A stretch of DNA of 64,000 bases from Candidatus Latescibacterota bacterium (GCA_965215195.1 CBDCDC010000002.1:4000001-4064000); one strand, 5' to 3'. Shown: positions 21,380-30,871, numbered from the stretch's first letter. Notes: generated by a model not told the origin, from the letters alone. Numbers and translations: made by a program.

Positions 21380-23551
21380 ATGAACAACGAACAGCATCGC
21401 TTGGCGCTGCCGCAGGGGACGCGCATCCGGGACTTTGAGTTTCACCGCGTCCTCGGCCACGGCGGGTTTGGCATCACCTATCTGGGATGGAACATGGCCT
21501 TGGATATTCCCGTGGCGATCAAGGAGTATCTGCCGGCCGACTTGGCTACCCGCGAGCAGGACTTGTCGGTCGTGCCGCAGACGACGCAGGCGGCGTCGGA
21601 TTTCCAATGGGGCTTGGAGCGGTTTTTGGACGAAGCGCGTACGCTGGCGCGCTTTCAGCACCCCAACATCGTCCGCGTCCATCACTTCTTTGAAGCGCAC
21701 AGCACGGCGTATATCGCAATGGACTATGTGGAGGGGGAGGACTTGTCGGCGTATTTGACGCGCAAGGGGCCGCTGCGCGAAGACGAGCTAAAGGGTATTC
21801 TGGATCCGCTGTTGAGTGCCTTAGAAGTGGTGCATAGAGCGGACTTTCTGCATCGGGACATCAAGCCGGGCAACATCGTCCTGCGCGATTCGGATGGCTC
21901 GCCGGTGTTGTTGGACTTTGGTGCGGCGCGGCAGGCGATTGGGGCGAAGAGCCGCTCGGTGACGTCGATTGTAACGCCGGGATATGCGCCGATAGAGCAG
22001 TATTCGAGTCGGGGTCGTCAGGGTGCATGGACGGATATTTATGCGTTGGGCGGGGTGTGCTATCGGGCGTTGACGGGTCAGGTGCCGGACGATGCGACGG
22101 ATCGGGTGCGTCATGATCCGCTGGTTCCGGTGTCTGAGCGGTGTGCGGGTCAAGCCAGTCCAGCGTTTCTTGCGGCGATCGATGCGGCGTTGGCAGTGGA
22201 TGAGGAGGATCGTCCGCCGAGTGTGGGGGCATGGCGGGCGATGCTGGCGGCAGATGCGGCGGATGTGCAGGAACGGGCGACGTTGGAGCAACCGCGTCGG
22301 GAGGCACAAGCCGAACAGCAGCGTCGGGAACAGCAGCGCGAGGAGAGGCAGCGGCAGGAGGAACGGGCGCGTGTGGAGCCGGCCGCGCCGCCCTCGGCAC
22401 CGCAGAAGCAGCCCAGCTACAAGCGGCTTGCCGTAGTCTTGGGCGTGGTTATTGCTCTGTTGGTTGGGGGCAAACTGTATGTTGATCACGTCGAACAGGT
22501 CGCGTTGGAGAAGCAGCGTCAGGCCGAACAAGCCGCCGAAGCCGCCCGAGTCGCCGCCGAGCAAGCCGCCAAACAGCGCCAGGCCGAACAAGCCGCCGAA
22601 GCCGCCCGAGTCGCCGCCGAGCAAGCCGCCAAACAGCGTCGGGCCGAGCAAGCCGCCGAAGCGGCCCGAGTCGCCGCCGAGCAAGCCGCCAAACAGCGTC
22701 AGGCCGAGCAAGCCGCCGAAGCGGCCCGAGTCGCCGCCGAGCAAGCCGAAAAACAGCGTCAGGCCGAGCAAGCCGCCGAAGCGGCCCGAGTCGCCGCCGA
22801 GCAGGCGGCGTTGGAAGAAGAGCGCAAGAGTGGCAAGGTGGTTTCGCTTCCGGGGGGTGGGGAGATGGCGTTTGTTTGGATCGCGCCGGGTGTATTTCAG
22901 ATGGGGTCGCCGGCTTCGGAAGAGGGTCAGGAAAATAATGAAGGGCCGGTGCATGAGGTGGAGATTAGCGCGGGGTTTTGGTTGGGTCAATACGAGGTTA
23001 CGCAGGGTCAGTGGGCGTCGGTGATGAGGGCGCGGCCTTGGCTTGGTAAGAAGAACGTTGTAGAGAATTCATCTCATCCGGCGGTGTATATCTCATGGCA
23101 TGATGTGCAGAGATTTATTGGTCGGTTGAATAAGGCGGCGGGGGCTTCGTTGTATCGGTTGCCTTCGGAGGCGGAGTGGGAGTATGCGTGTCGAGCGGGT
23201 ACATCGACTCGTTGGTCGTTTGGGGATGCCGAGAGGCAACTGACGGATTATGCGTGGTATGATGCTAATGCTTGGGATGCTCATGCGGTGGGTCTGAAGC
23301 GTCCTAACCCTTGGGGTTTGTATGACATGCATGGGAATGTGTCGGAGTGGGTTCAGGACAGGTATAGTAAGCGCTATTATAATAGCTCGCCTCGGGTTGA
23401 CCCCCGGGGGCCTTCATCCGGTGCCGATCGCGTCGTCCAGGGCGGCTCCTTCTACAGTTCCGCCCAAGCCGCGCGGTCGGCGTTTCGCTACGGCCTCTCG
23501 CCCGACGCCCGCTACGCCACCGTTGGTGTGCGCCTTCTCAGGATTCGTTAA
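21380..23551 (+). CDS. Receptor-like Ser/Thr kinase - TM - helical stalk - FGE/C-type lectin domain (probable DGR target)
   Basis: LGHGGFGITY, VAIKEY, HRDIKPGN, DFG, TPGYAPIEQ; TM LAVVLGVVIALLVGG; YRLPSEAEWEYACRAG, GLYDMHGNVSEW, GVRLLR. Confidence 0.93.
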   Translation: MNNEQHRLALPQGTRIRDFEFHRVLGHGGFGITYLGWNMALDIPVAIKEYLPADLATREQDLSVVPQTTQAASDFQWGLERFLDEARTLARFQHPNIVRVHHFFEAHSTAYIAMDYVEGEDLSAYLTRKGPLREDELKGILDPLLSALEVVHRADFLHRDIKPGNIVLRDSDGSPVLLDFGAARQAIGAKSRSVTSIVTPGYAPIEQYSSRGRQGAWTDIYALGGVCYRALTGQVPDDATDRVRHDPLVPVSERCAGQASPAFLAAIDAALAVDEEDRPPSVGAWRAMLAADAADVQERATLEQPRREAQAEQQRREQQREERQRQEERARVEPAAPPSAPQKQPSYKRLAVVLGVVIALLVGGKLYVDHVEQVALEKQRQAEQAAEAARVAAEQAAKQRQAEQAAEAARVAAEQAAKQRRAEQAAEAARVAAEQAAKQRQAEQAAEAARVAAEQAEKQRQAEQAAEAARVAAEQAALEEERKSGKVVSLPGGGEMAFVWIAPGVFQMGSPASEEGQENNEGPVHEVEISAGFWLGQYEVTQGQWASVMRARPWLGKKNVVENSSHPAVYISWHDVQRFIGRLNKAAGASLYRLPSEAEWEYACRAGTSTRWSFGDAERQLTDYAWYDANAWDAHAVGLKRPNPWGLYDMHGNVSEWVQDRYSKRYYNSSPRVDPRGPSSGADRVVQGGSFYSSAQAARSAFRYGLSPDARYATVGVRLLRIR
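22514..22810 (+). repeat. Five tandem 60-bp coding repeats (QRQAEQAAEAARVAAEQAAK)
   Basis: Near-identical units starting at 22514, 22574, 22634, 22694 and 22754. Confidence 0.95.
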
Positions 23552-23574
23552 CCCTTTAGCCCTTTTACCCTTGG
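23411..23574 (+). other. DGR variable region 1 plus IMH-like pyrimidine tract
   Basis: 141-nt ungapped match to 41194-41334 with mismatches concentrated at positions 1/2 of NNC/NNT codons; followed by CCCTTTAGCCCTTTTACCCTTGG. Confidence 0.8.
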
Positions 23575-23610
23575 CGGGCCTCACGCGATTCCCGAGCGTT
23601 TCGCCCTAGC

Positions 23611-23651
23611 GGCTTGGCCGATGCCGTAAACGTGATAGTTTCTAAGTAGCC
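23611..23651 (+). promoter_or_regulatory. Duplicated promoter-like module upstream of mini-genes (second copy 26642-26682)
   Basis: GGCTTGGCCGAyGCCGTAAACGTGATAGTTTCTrAGTAGCC, 39/41 identical; TTGGCC ... TG-A-TAGTTT extended -10-like. Confidence 0.55.
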
Positions 23652-23675
23652 CCCACCCCCAGCAAGGAGCAAGCC

Positions 23676-23906
23676 ATGACCGAGCAACCCCTAACACAAG
23701 CCCAAGACCACGACCGGCGTATTGGCCGGTTAGAAGGAATCGCCGAGCAGTTAGACCGCCGCTTGGACAGTATTGAGCGGGCGATTGGGGAACTACGGCA
23801 GGAGATGGCCGCGCTCAATCGCCGCCTCGACGTTCAATTCCGCTGGTTCATCGGCATCCAGTTCGGCGTTGTCGGCCTGCTTATCAGCATCCTGTTAAAG
23901 GGCTAA
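23676..23906 (+). CDS. Small coiled-coil protein with C-terminal TM (MTEQP family, copy A; DUF1640/CCDC90-like)
   Basis: RBS AAGGAG, heptad region, RWFIGIQFGVVGLLISILLKG tail; paralogs at 25951, 26736 and 27478. Confidence 0.8.
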   Translation: MTEQPLTQAQDHDRRIGRLEGIAEQLDRRLDSIERAIGELRQEMAALNRRLDVQFRWFIGIQFGVVGLLISILLKG

Positions 23907-24026
23907 CCCATCACCCACCCCGGCTGGCCCATGGGCTGGCCGGGGCCGTTTTAGTACCTTCCGATCCGCTTCTCATTGGATAATCACTCACAGACAAGGG
24001 ACAATTTGTGAGCGAAGAGCAACAAC

Positions 24027-25678
24027 CTATCCCGTACGCAGTGTTGCCACCCGATCCAGCTTTTCCACGACTTCCGGGTGGATTTCGTCGGGTCGCATCG
24101 CGGCGGCCAGCAGATACAAGTCCCGCTTAGGCGTGGGTGCGAGTAGCGGCACGAGGAACTCGTCACTGGCCTTGACGCGCACCAGCGAGACGTGATCCCC
24201 AAATAGGTCGGTCCCGCGAGGAACCTGTCGCCAAAACGCCTCTTCCACCGACTTTTCCACCAACGGGAAGTTGGCGAACCGCTTGATCGCCTCGGGCTGC
24301 AACAGATAGTTCTCGATCTCGTAGCGACGCCAGCGCAAGACCACGAGGCCAGCACGGCTGGTCTCCTCGTCCGGTTCGTCGCGGTTGTCGCCATCGAGCA
24401 GGCACAGGGCCGGCAGCCCGGGAAAGGCGGCCTGCATGGCGAAGAAGTGATCTCGGGCTTCGCGCAGACTGCGACCGCCGAGCGGGCGCACAAACGGCCG
24501 CTCAAAGAAGGTCCGCGCCGGATGCTGGAGAATGCGCGCCCACTCACCCAAGATTCGCTCGTCTGTCTCCCCTTCAACGTAGAGCACTGCGCCGACCTCG
24601 CGGCCCAATAGGAGATCAGTGGTGGTCAGACGCTTGAGGGCTTCGCGCAGTTGATTGCGCTGGATTTCGCCGATAAGTGGACGGGGCGATTCACTAAAAA
24701 ATCCGAGCACCCGCGTCGGCTCAGTGGCGTCGAGGACGACCTCGGAATGCGTGGCAATGAGCACTTGACCGCCGCGTTCGCGGGCCACCTTGCGAATCAG
24801 ATCGTACACCTGTCGTTGCAGGATGACGTGCTGATGGGCGTCCGGCTCGTCGAGCAGGATGACGGCCGCCGGGCGGGCGTAGAGGAATGCCAGCAGCAGG
24901 AGTACTTGTAGGGTGCCGCTGCCGGCGTTGGACAAATCGAGGGGCCTATCGCGGTCCGGCTCGCGGTACTCGCAGACGATGTACGGTTGGGCCGGAGCGT
25001 ACGATGGCGCGAGCACTTCGATTTGAAAGAGGGTGCGGATGTGCTCGGCGAGTAGCCGCCAGTTTTCCGGGCTGTTTTCGGAAATTTCCCACAGCAGATT
25101 GCGCAGAATCTCGCCCGGCCGCCCCTGACCCACGAGCAGATCTTGCATCCCTCGGTCGCGCCGCGGCTCGTCTCGCTCAATACCGGCGAGAGGCGGAACG
25201 TGAACGATGTCGAGTTCCCGGGCCGTTAGGGGTGGGAACGCCCGAATGGCTTCCGGATCGAGATTTTTGGCCCCTGCGGACGCGCATGTACCACTTCGGG
25301 ATTGGAGTACTGGAATTCGATTCCGCACGTCCAGTCCTCCTTGCCTTTTGTGCCCTCCACGACGATTTCGATCAGCCGCCGAGTTCCCGACATACCGCGC
25401 GGGCCGGTGACCTTCCGTCCCTCCCACAATAGATTCATCTCGCGCAGCGGCACGGCCGTGAAGTCGGCGCGGGTTATGGCCACGCCGGAGCGCTTGACCG
25501 CCCGGCCCCCCTCGCGCTGGGCGAGCCAGCGGTCGAGCCCGAGCTTCCACGTTGCAATGGCCTGTAGCAGGGTGGACTTCCCGGCATTGTTGGGGCCGGC
25601 GAGCACCACCGACGCGGCCAACTCAAACGTCTGCTCGCGAAAACGCTTGAACTTTCTGATAGTAATGCGCCGGATCAT
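24027..25678 (-). pseudogene. ABC/AAA ATPase with TOPRIM-like C-terminus (OLD-like), frameshifted near 25275
   Basis: Walker A GPNNAGKST in ORF 25678-25226; signature AGSG, Walker B LLDEPDAH, IATHS, YVEGETD and LDGD in a different frame ending at 24027. Confidence 0.8.
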
Positions 25679-25950
25679 TTGTACCTCGGTATTGCTTATT
25701 GATCTTCTCCACCCCGTAATATACCCGCCATTCCCCCGCCTTCAACCATCTTAAAATCAATGCGAGGTAGCTGCGGGAAAAAGGCCAACCTTCGCTGGGG
25801 CACAAGGCAGCTTGAGGATAGTGGGCACAGCGCACGTCTGATTGTTGATGCGGTAGAATAGGGCTATTACAAACTGATAGCGGCGCGACGCCGTTAGTCG
25901 AACCCCACCGGCCGGAGCACAAGGTCCCGGCCCACCGCAAGGGGCAAGCC

Positions 25951-26175
25951 ATGACCGAGCAACCCCTAACACAAGCCCAAGACCACGACCGGCGTATTGG
26001 TCGCTTAGAAGGCATTGTCGAGCAGTTAGACCGCCGACTGGACAGCATCGAGCGGGCGATTGCCGAACTGCGTAGCGAAGTGCGCGCTTCAGTCCGCTGG
26101 CTCATCGGCATCCAGCTAGCCAGCCTAATCGCTATTGGCAGCCTGTTGTTCAGCATCTTGGGCAAGCTACCCTAA
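25951..26175 (+). CDS. Small coiled-coil/TM protein (MTEQP family, copy B)
   Basis: N-terminal ~40 aa near-identical to copy A; different TM tail. Confidence 0.8.
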   Translation: MTEQPLTQAQDHDRRIGRLEGIVEQLDRRLDSIERAIAELRSEVRASVRWLIGIQLASLIAIGSLLFSILGKLP

Positions 26176-26235
26176 CTCATCACCCTGTATGAACCAGAGC
26201 CCTCAAGATGGATCGACTTCAAGGTAAGGAGATAG
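26176..26235 (+). pseudogene. C-terminal remnant of DUF4258-type toxin gene
   Basis: Reads LITLYEPEPSRWIDFKVRR*; sits directly upstream of a YgiT-type gene as in DUF4258-YgiT pairs. Confidence 0.6.
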
Positions 26236-26239
26236 GACG

Positions 26240-26476
26240 ATGCCTGAAGACAGCGCATGGAACGAGACGCTGATTAAAAAAAACGTGCCGTACCACATTG
26301 AGTTCGCTGGGCGGCTCTTCCTCATCGAGAATGTCCCGGCGTGCGTCAACGTCGAGACGGGTGAGCGGCACTTCTCACCGGAGACCGTTGAGCGCTTGCA
26401 GCAAGCGGTGTGGGAGCAATGCCGTCCCGTCCGCACCATTGAGACCCCGGTTTACGAATATGCCACTCTGGCCTGA
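26240..26476 (+). CDS. YgiT-type zinc-finger family (antitoxin-like) protein
   Basis: FLIENVPACVNVETGERHFSPETVERLQ...PVYEY; RBS AGGA. Confidence 0.8.
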   Translation: MPEDSAWNETLIKKNVPYHIEFAGRLFLIENVPACVNVETGERHFSPETVERLQQAVWEQCRPVRTIETPVYEYATLA

Positions 26477-26735
26477 AGAATCGGGGTGCATGGCTTCTGA
26501 AACGATTGGAGGGACGATGAACGACGAAGAGCAGCGGCGTAGGGAGCAGGCCGCACAGAGGCCGCCGCGCCTGTTGCCGACCGCATCGACTCGCTGACGG
26601 CCCGCCTTGCCTACCAGCTTGACAAGGCCGAGCAGCCCCAAGGCTTGGCCGACGCCGTAAACGTGATAGTTTCTGAGTAGCCACCATCCCCACCGGCCGG
26701 GGCATAAGGCCCCAGCCCATCGCAAGGAGCAAGCC

Positions 26736-26972
26736 ATGACCGAGCAACCCCAACCTCTAACGCAAGCCCAAGACCATGACCGGCGTATTGGCCGGTTGGA
26801 AGGCATTATCGAGCAGTTAGACCGCCGCTTGGACAGCATTGAGCGGGCGATTGGGGAACTACGGCAGGAGATCGCCGTGCTCAATCGCCGCCTCGATGTT
26901 CAATTCCGCTGGCTTATCGGCATCCAGTTCGGCGTTGTCGGCCTGCTTATCAGCATCCTGTTGAAGGGCTAA
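26736..26972 (+). CDS. Small coiled-coil/TM protein (MTEQP family, copy C)
   Basis: Near-identical to copy A with a 2-aa insertion. Confidence 0.8.
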   Translation: MTEQPQPLTQAQDHDRRIGRLEGIIEQLDRRLDSIERAIGELRQEIAVLNRRLDVQFRWLIGIQFGVVGLLISILLKG

Positions 26973-26974
26973 CC

Positions 26975-27110
26975 CTTACTACACGACACCAGCCCTCAGC
27001 CTTCCAAGGATCGAGGGCATCTTGCCCTCGTCGAGGGCGGGACGCCCTCGATCCCGGACACATCGGAAACAGCAGAAAATGCGTACTCAAAGTAAGGGTC
27101 GCGTACTTAG
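26975..27110. mobile_element. MITE copy 3
   Basis: CTTACTACACGAC ... GTCGCGTACTTAG; 9-bp TSD GGGCTAACC; the empty site is visible after paralog A (about 23900-23908). Confidence 0.92.
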
Positions 27111-27179
27111 GGGCTAACCCATCACCCGCCCCGGCTGGCCCTTGTGCTGGCCGGGGCCGAGCCAACGAAAGGAACCATC

Positions 27180-27422
27180 ATGCAGCAGCCCCCCGAAGTC
27201 AACCCCAACCCCGTGCAAGTGGAGTTGTCCAAGCGGTTAGACAGCATTGAGTGCCGCCTCGACCGCATGGAGACCCACCAACGCGAGGCCATAGCCGCCT
27301 TGCGGCAGAAAATAACCACCTTGCGGCAGGAAATGAACCGCAATGTGCGTTGGATAATCGGCGTTCAGCTCACCACCCTGATCGCGCTGGGTACGCTGAT
27401 TTTGTCCCGCTTGCCCAAGTAG
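27180..27422 (+). CDS. Small coiled-coil/TM protein (MQQPP family)
   Basis: RBS AAGGA; paralog of 43055-42780; RWIIGVQLTTLIALGTLILSRLPK tail. Confidence 0.78.
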   Translation: MQQPPEVNPNPVQVELSKRLDSIECRLDRMETHQREAIAALRQKITTLRQEMNRNVRWIIGVQLTTLIALGTLILSRLPK

Positions 27423-27477
27423 CCCACCACTTTAGTCCCCGGTTGGCCTTTGTGGTGGCCAAGGCAAGGAGCAAGCC

Positions 27478-27647
27478 ATGACCGAGCATCCCCAACCCCT
27501 AACGCAAGCCCAAGACCACGACCGCCACATTGGCCGCTTGAAAGGCATTGTCGAGCAGTTAGACACCGATTGGACGGCATAGAACGCCGCATCGACAGCG
27601 TAGAGCGAGCCATTGCCGATCTCAGCCCCAGCACCGGCAGGACATGA
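27478..27647 (+). pseudogene. MTEQP family copy D, frameshifted and truncated
   Basis: Same leader GCAAGGAGCAAGCCATGACCGAGCA; frameshift after EQLD; no TM tail. Confidence 0.75.
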
Positions 27648-27687
27648 CCCACCTACAACCGCCGCATAGATACCGGCATCTTTTTTG

Positions 27688-27716
27688 TTGACACGTTGTC
27701 TTAATGGGGGTATTGT
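27688..27716 (+). promoter_or_regulatory. sigma70-type promoter
   Basis: TTGACA-17nt-TATTGT at the start of a lower-GC block. Confidence 0.65.
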
Positions 27717-28074
27717 AAACGGATGCAGTGTCCGTACGGTACGTTTTTTTGACCGGTTGGAGGCCGAAATAGAATATGGTTGATCATTCAATATCAGTAT
27801 CCGCAAGGGGCCTTGCTGCGGGCCTTGCTGCGGTGGCTAGGCCCTATGGTGCGCTTGGAGATGTCGCGGATTCAATGTGTCATAAGTCATTAGTCGGGTA
27901 GGTCCACGGCATCCTTATTTTTAAATCATCCAACGTTGCCTATAGTTCGGTTTCGCTGCTATGAGGACTGACGAATAAGCGTCAAAGTCGAATTCAACAA
28001 ATCGTTATGGAAATCGCCAAATTAGGCTGCATTCATGCTACTTGATTGGCGAAGGTATTGAAGGAGGGATCTCA

Positions 28075-28530
28075 ATGAAAGGTCAAATACTAAACTTCTC
28101 GATTCAGTCTAATTCTGGCACAATTTCGGGAGAGGATGGTGAGAGATATAATTTCGATGTATCCGCTTGGAAGGAGAATCGTCTCCCTGCTCGTGGTATG
28201 TCCGTCGATTTTTCGGTCGAAGGTAACCAAGCTAAGGAAATATACTTAGCTGCAAGCACGACCTCTTCAGAGAAAAACAGAATAGCAGCAGGACTTCTCG
28301 GTATCTTTTTAGGTGGTTTGGGTATCCATAAATTCTATCTCGGTTTCACGGGACCTGGACTGATTTTTTTGCTGGTTAATACTATTGGTTGGACAGTGAC
28401 TTGGATACTTCTGGGGATCCCGAATATAGTTCTTGGCGTAATCGGTTTTATTGAGGGAATCATATACCTGACAAAGTCTGATGAAGAGTTTGAACAAATC
28501 TACATCATTGAGAAGCGTAAATGGTTTTGA
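28075..28530 (+). CDS. TM2-domain protein with N-terminal cold-shock-like OB domain
   Basis: GTISGEDGERYNF; KNRIAAGLLGIFLGGLGIHKFYLG; IEGIIYLTKSDEEF. Confidence 0.88.
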   Translation: MKGQILNFSIQSNSGTISGEDGERYNFDVSAWKENRLPARGMSVDFSVEGNQAKEIYLAASTTSSEKNRIAAGLLGIFLGGLGIHKFYLGFTGPGLIFLLVNTIGWTVTWILLGIPNIVLGVIGFIEGIIYLTKSDEEFEQIYIIEKRKWF

Positions 28531-28616
28531 TATACACAATGGGCTCAATCCATACACCATCCACTCATTAACCACTACCCACTTTCAGATGGTCGTCTGA
28601 CGAAAAGGAGAAAGAT

Positions 28617-28967
28617 ATGAGCTGGTATCTCGAAGTTCTCAAGAAGTACGCGGTGTTTGAGGGTAGAGCTAGACGGAAAGAGTATTGGTTCTTTAGCTTG
28701 TTTAACTACATCTTTATGGCATTGTCGTTTTTGATCGGCTTCGCCCTGTTCGGCTTTGAAGGCAGTAGTGTACTGTTCCTCATCTACGCCCTAGCCATCC
28801 TGATTCCAGCCATAGCTGTATCGGTACGGCGGCTTCACGATACCGGCCGCAGCGGTCGATCGCTGCTTCTCCTTCTGATTCCACTGGTCGGCGGAATTAT
28901 TTTCTTGGTTTTTACGCTGGAAGACGGCACCCCCGGTGAAAACCAGTACGGGCCAAACCCAAAGTAG
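28617..28967 (+). CDS. DUF805 (YhaH/YhaI-like) membrane protein
   Basis: KYAVFEGRARRKEYW, VRRLHDTGRSG, NQYGPNPK. Confidence 0.93.
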   Translation: MSWYLEVLKKYAVFEGRARRKEYWFFSLFNYIFMALSFLIGFALFGFEGSSVLFLIYALAILIPAIAVSVRRLHDTGRSGRSLLLLLIPLVGGIIFLVFTLEDGTPGENQYGPNPK

Positions 28968-29115
28968 GTAACTGAGGGAATCAGAGGACCTCTTAAATTA
29001 TTCTACTTGGCCCTGTGCGTTGGCTGGGACGGCAGGAAAGTACTCTGAGTGAACGGCACCTTTTTGTCAAAAACTGTCCGAACTGTTGTCCGGATTGCTA
29101 TAGGAGGCTAAAGTA

Positions 29116-29499
29116 ATGCTAAATCGCGTGAAAGGTGCGCTGTTTGGGACAGCGGCTCAAATGAGTGAGGACGATATAGCCAAGTACGACCGTCTGTTCT
29201 TTGAGGGAGAAGAGGTGTTAGCCGGATTCAAAGTTATCCGGGATTCCTTTCTCTTCACGAATCGCCGGCTTATTATTGAGGATGTTCAAGGGTTTACCGG
29301 CAGGAAGCGGGAGTATTTGAGCATTCCGTACAGCAAGATTTCTGGATTTAGTGTGGAGTCAGCAGGTCATTTCGACATGGATGCTGAGCTGAAAATCTGG
29401 GTAAGTGGCCTGACCGAGCTAGCCAAGCCGGTGTCCAAGAAGTTTGATAAAAACACGGACATCTATCAAATCCAGGCCATTATCGCGGCAAATTCTTAG
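29116..29499 (+). CDS. Bacterial PH-domain protein
   Basis: RDSFLFTNRRLIIEDVQGFTGRKREYLSIPYSKI..FSVESAGHFDMDAELKIW. Confidence 0.9.
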   Translation: MLNRVKGALFGTAAQMSEDDIAKYDRLFFEGEEVLAGFKVIRDSFLFTNRRLIIEDVQGFTGRKREYLSIPYSKISGFSVESAGHFDMDAELKIWVSGLTELAKPVSKKFDKNTDIYQIQAIIAANS

Positions 29500-29632
29500 A
29501 AGCCCTAACAAAACTGGATGTCACGCCTAAAGGCGCGGTGACGCTCGCTTGTCCTGCCCAAAGGCAGGAAGCCGTTTGGTTGTATTCGCGCAACTCTTAT
29601 CGTACCGAAACTTTATTAGGAGGAGATGTCTT

Positions 29633-30265
29633 ATGAGCTATTTACAAAGGATCGTTGATTGGATTGTGTCATTGGAATCCGGTTGGCAATTTCGAAAATG
29701 GATTTCAATTCTCGTCAAAATTTTTGGTGTGTGTACTTCGGTTGGCGCTGTCATTGTGGGAATTGCTATTTTTGTTAGTGTGATAGCTGCTATTGACTAT
29801 TTGGGAATTTCTTTAGGTACATTTGCCATCATTGGATCAATCCTATCATTTTGCATGAGCGTTATTATTGGGGCACTTCTCGTCATACTTTGTTGGAACA
29901 GATCCAATAAAATTGGTGCTCTCGGCGGTGAATCACATTTCAGCTTGATACCTATTACAGTCGTCCTGATCCGATTGTTTGGTGAAATCGGCTTCATTTT
30001 GCTCGTCGGGACAGGTATTTACGGGGCACTTTTGGGCCCAATCTTGGGATCGGTGAGGGGCATTGGAGGCTATTTGCCACAGTTTGGAAACATCGGCTTT
30101 ATTAGCGGAGTATTTTCGCTTGTTACCTTTGTGTTTATTGGTGTAGTTCTTTTGATTATCACTTATTTCGTTGCGGAGTTGGTCAACCTGTTTGCGGACA
30201 TGGCAACAAACCTCAAGAAGATTGAGGGACGACTATCGGCGGAAGAAGACACATCGGATTCATAA
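29633..30265 (+). CDS. Hypothetical multi-pass membrane protein
   Basis: RBS AGGAGGAG; four hydrophobic segments. Confidence 0.7.
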   Translation: MSYLQRIVDWIVSLESGWQFRKWISILVKIFGVCTSVGAVIVGIAIFVSVIAAIDYLGISLGTFAIIGSILSFCMSVIIGALLVILCWNRSNKIGALGGESHFSLIPITVVLIRLFGEIGFILLVGTGIYGALLGPILGSVRGIGGYLPQFGNIGFISGVFSLVTFVFIGVVLLIITYFVAELVNLFADMATNLKKIEGRLSAEEDTSDS

Positions 30266-30357
30266 ACAGTTTCGAGAGTACCTGAACGGAATACAAACTC
30301 GTTTTAACTCAACGCCTTCGTAAGGAGATGCCAATGTTAGTCGATCTCGGTATGGCG

Positions 30358-30871
30358 ATGAAACAGTATCTCGTCTTGGTGCGACGACGCACCCTCAACG
30401 GACATCGGATCGTGGGCCGCGGCCGCTTACTGGCGTCGATTCCCGTACCGCTATGTGCATTAATGTTGTTGCTTTCCGCATGCGGAGGGGAGCCGGACCT
30501 TCGCATGCGGAAACGCTGAGCCGAATTCTTGCCGAGGCGGTGGACGAGGACGAGGGGGACTTGGAGGGAACGTACACCGGTTGGGTTAAAAAGGTAAAGG
30601 TAAATAGGGATCGCTATGGTTTTCGCCTAAGCACTGAAGTCGAATTCCTAGCGTACATCGAGACGGCGAACTTACGGGGCGTTGGAAGTTTGATGATAAC
30701 GGCCAGATGGAGTATGAAGAGCACTACGAAAACGGCGAACCGACGGGGCGCTGGGTTGAGTGGCATGACAACAGCCTGAAGGCTGAAGAGCATTACGCGA
30801 ACGGCGAACGGACGGGGCGCTGGGTCTTTTGGTATCCCAACGGCCAGATACGTTCTAAGAAAAGTTATTGA
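30358..30871 (+). pseudogene. MORN-variant repeat (YwqK-like) lipoprotein, two frameshifts
   Basis: Lipobox LLLSAC in one frame, middle part in a second frame, and repeats NGQMEYEEHYENGEPTGRWVEW / EEHYANGERTGRWVFWYPNGQ in a third. Confidence 0.7.

Noticed and set aside
22514-22810. Regular 60-bp repeats as a CRISPR array
   Set aside because: No unique spacers; in-frame coding repeats; no cas genes
23611-27647. Mini-gene array as integron cassettes
   Set aside because: No intI and no convincing attC (RYYYAAC...GTTRRRY) structures
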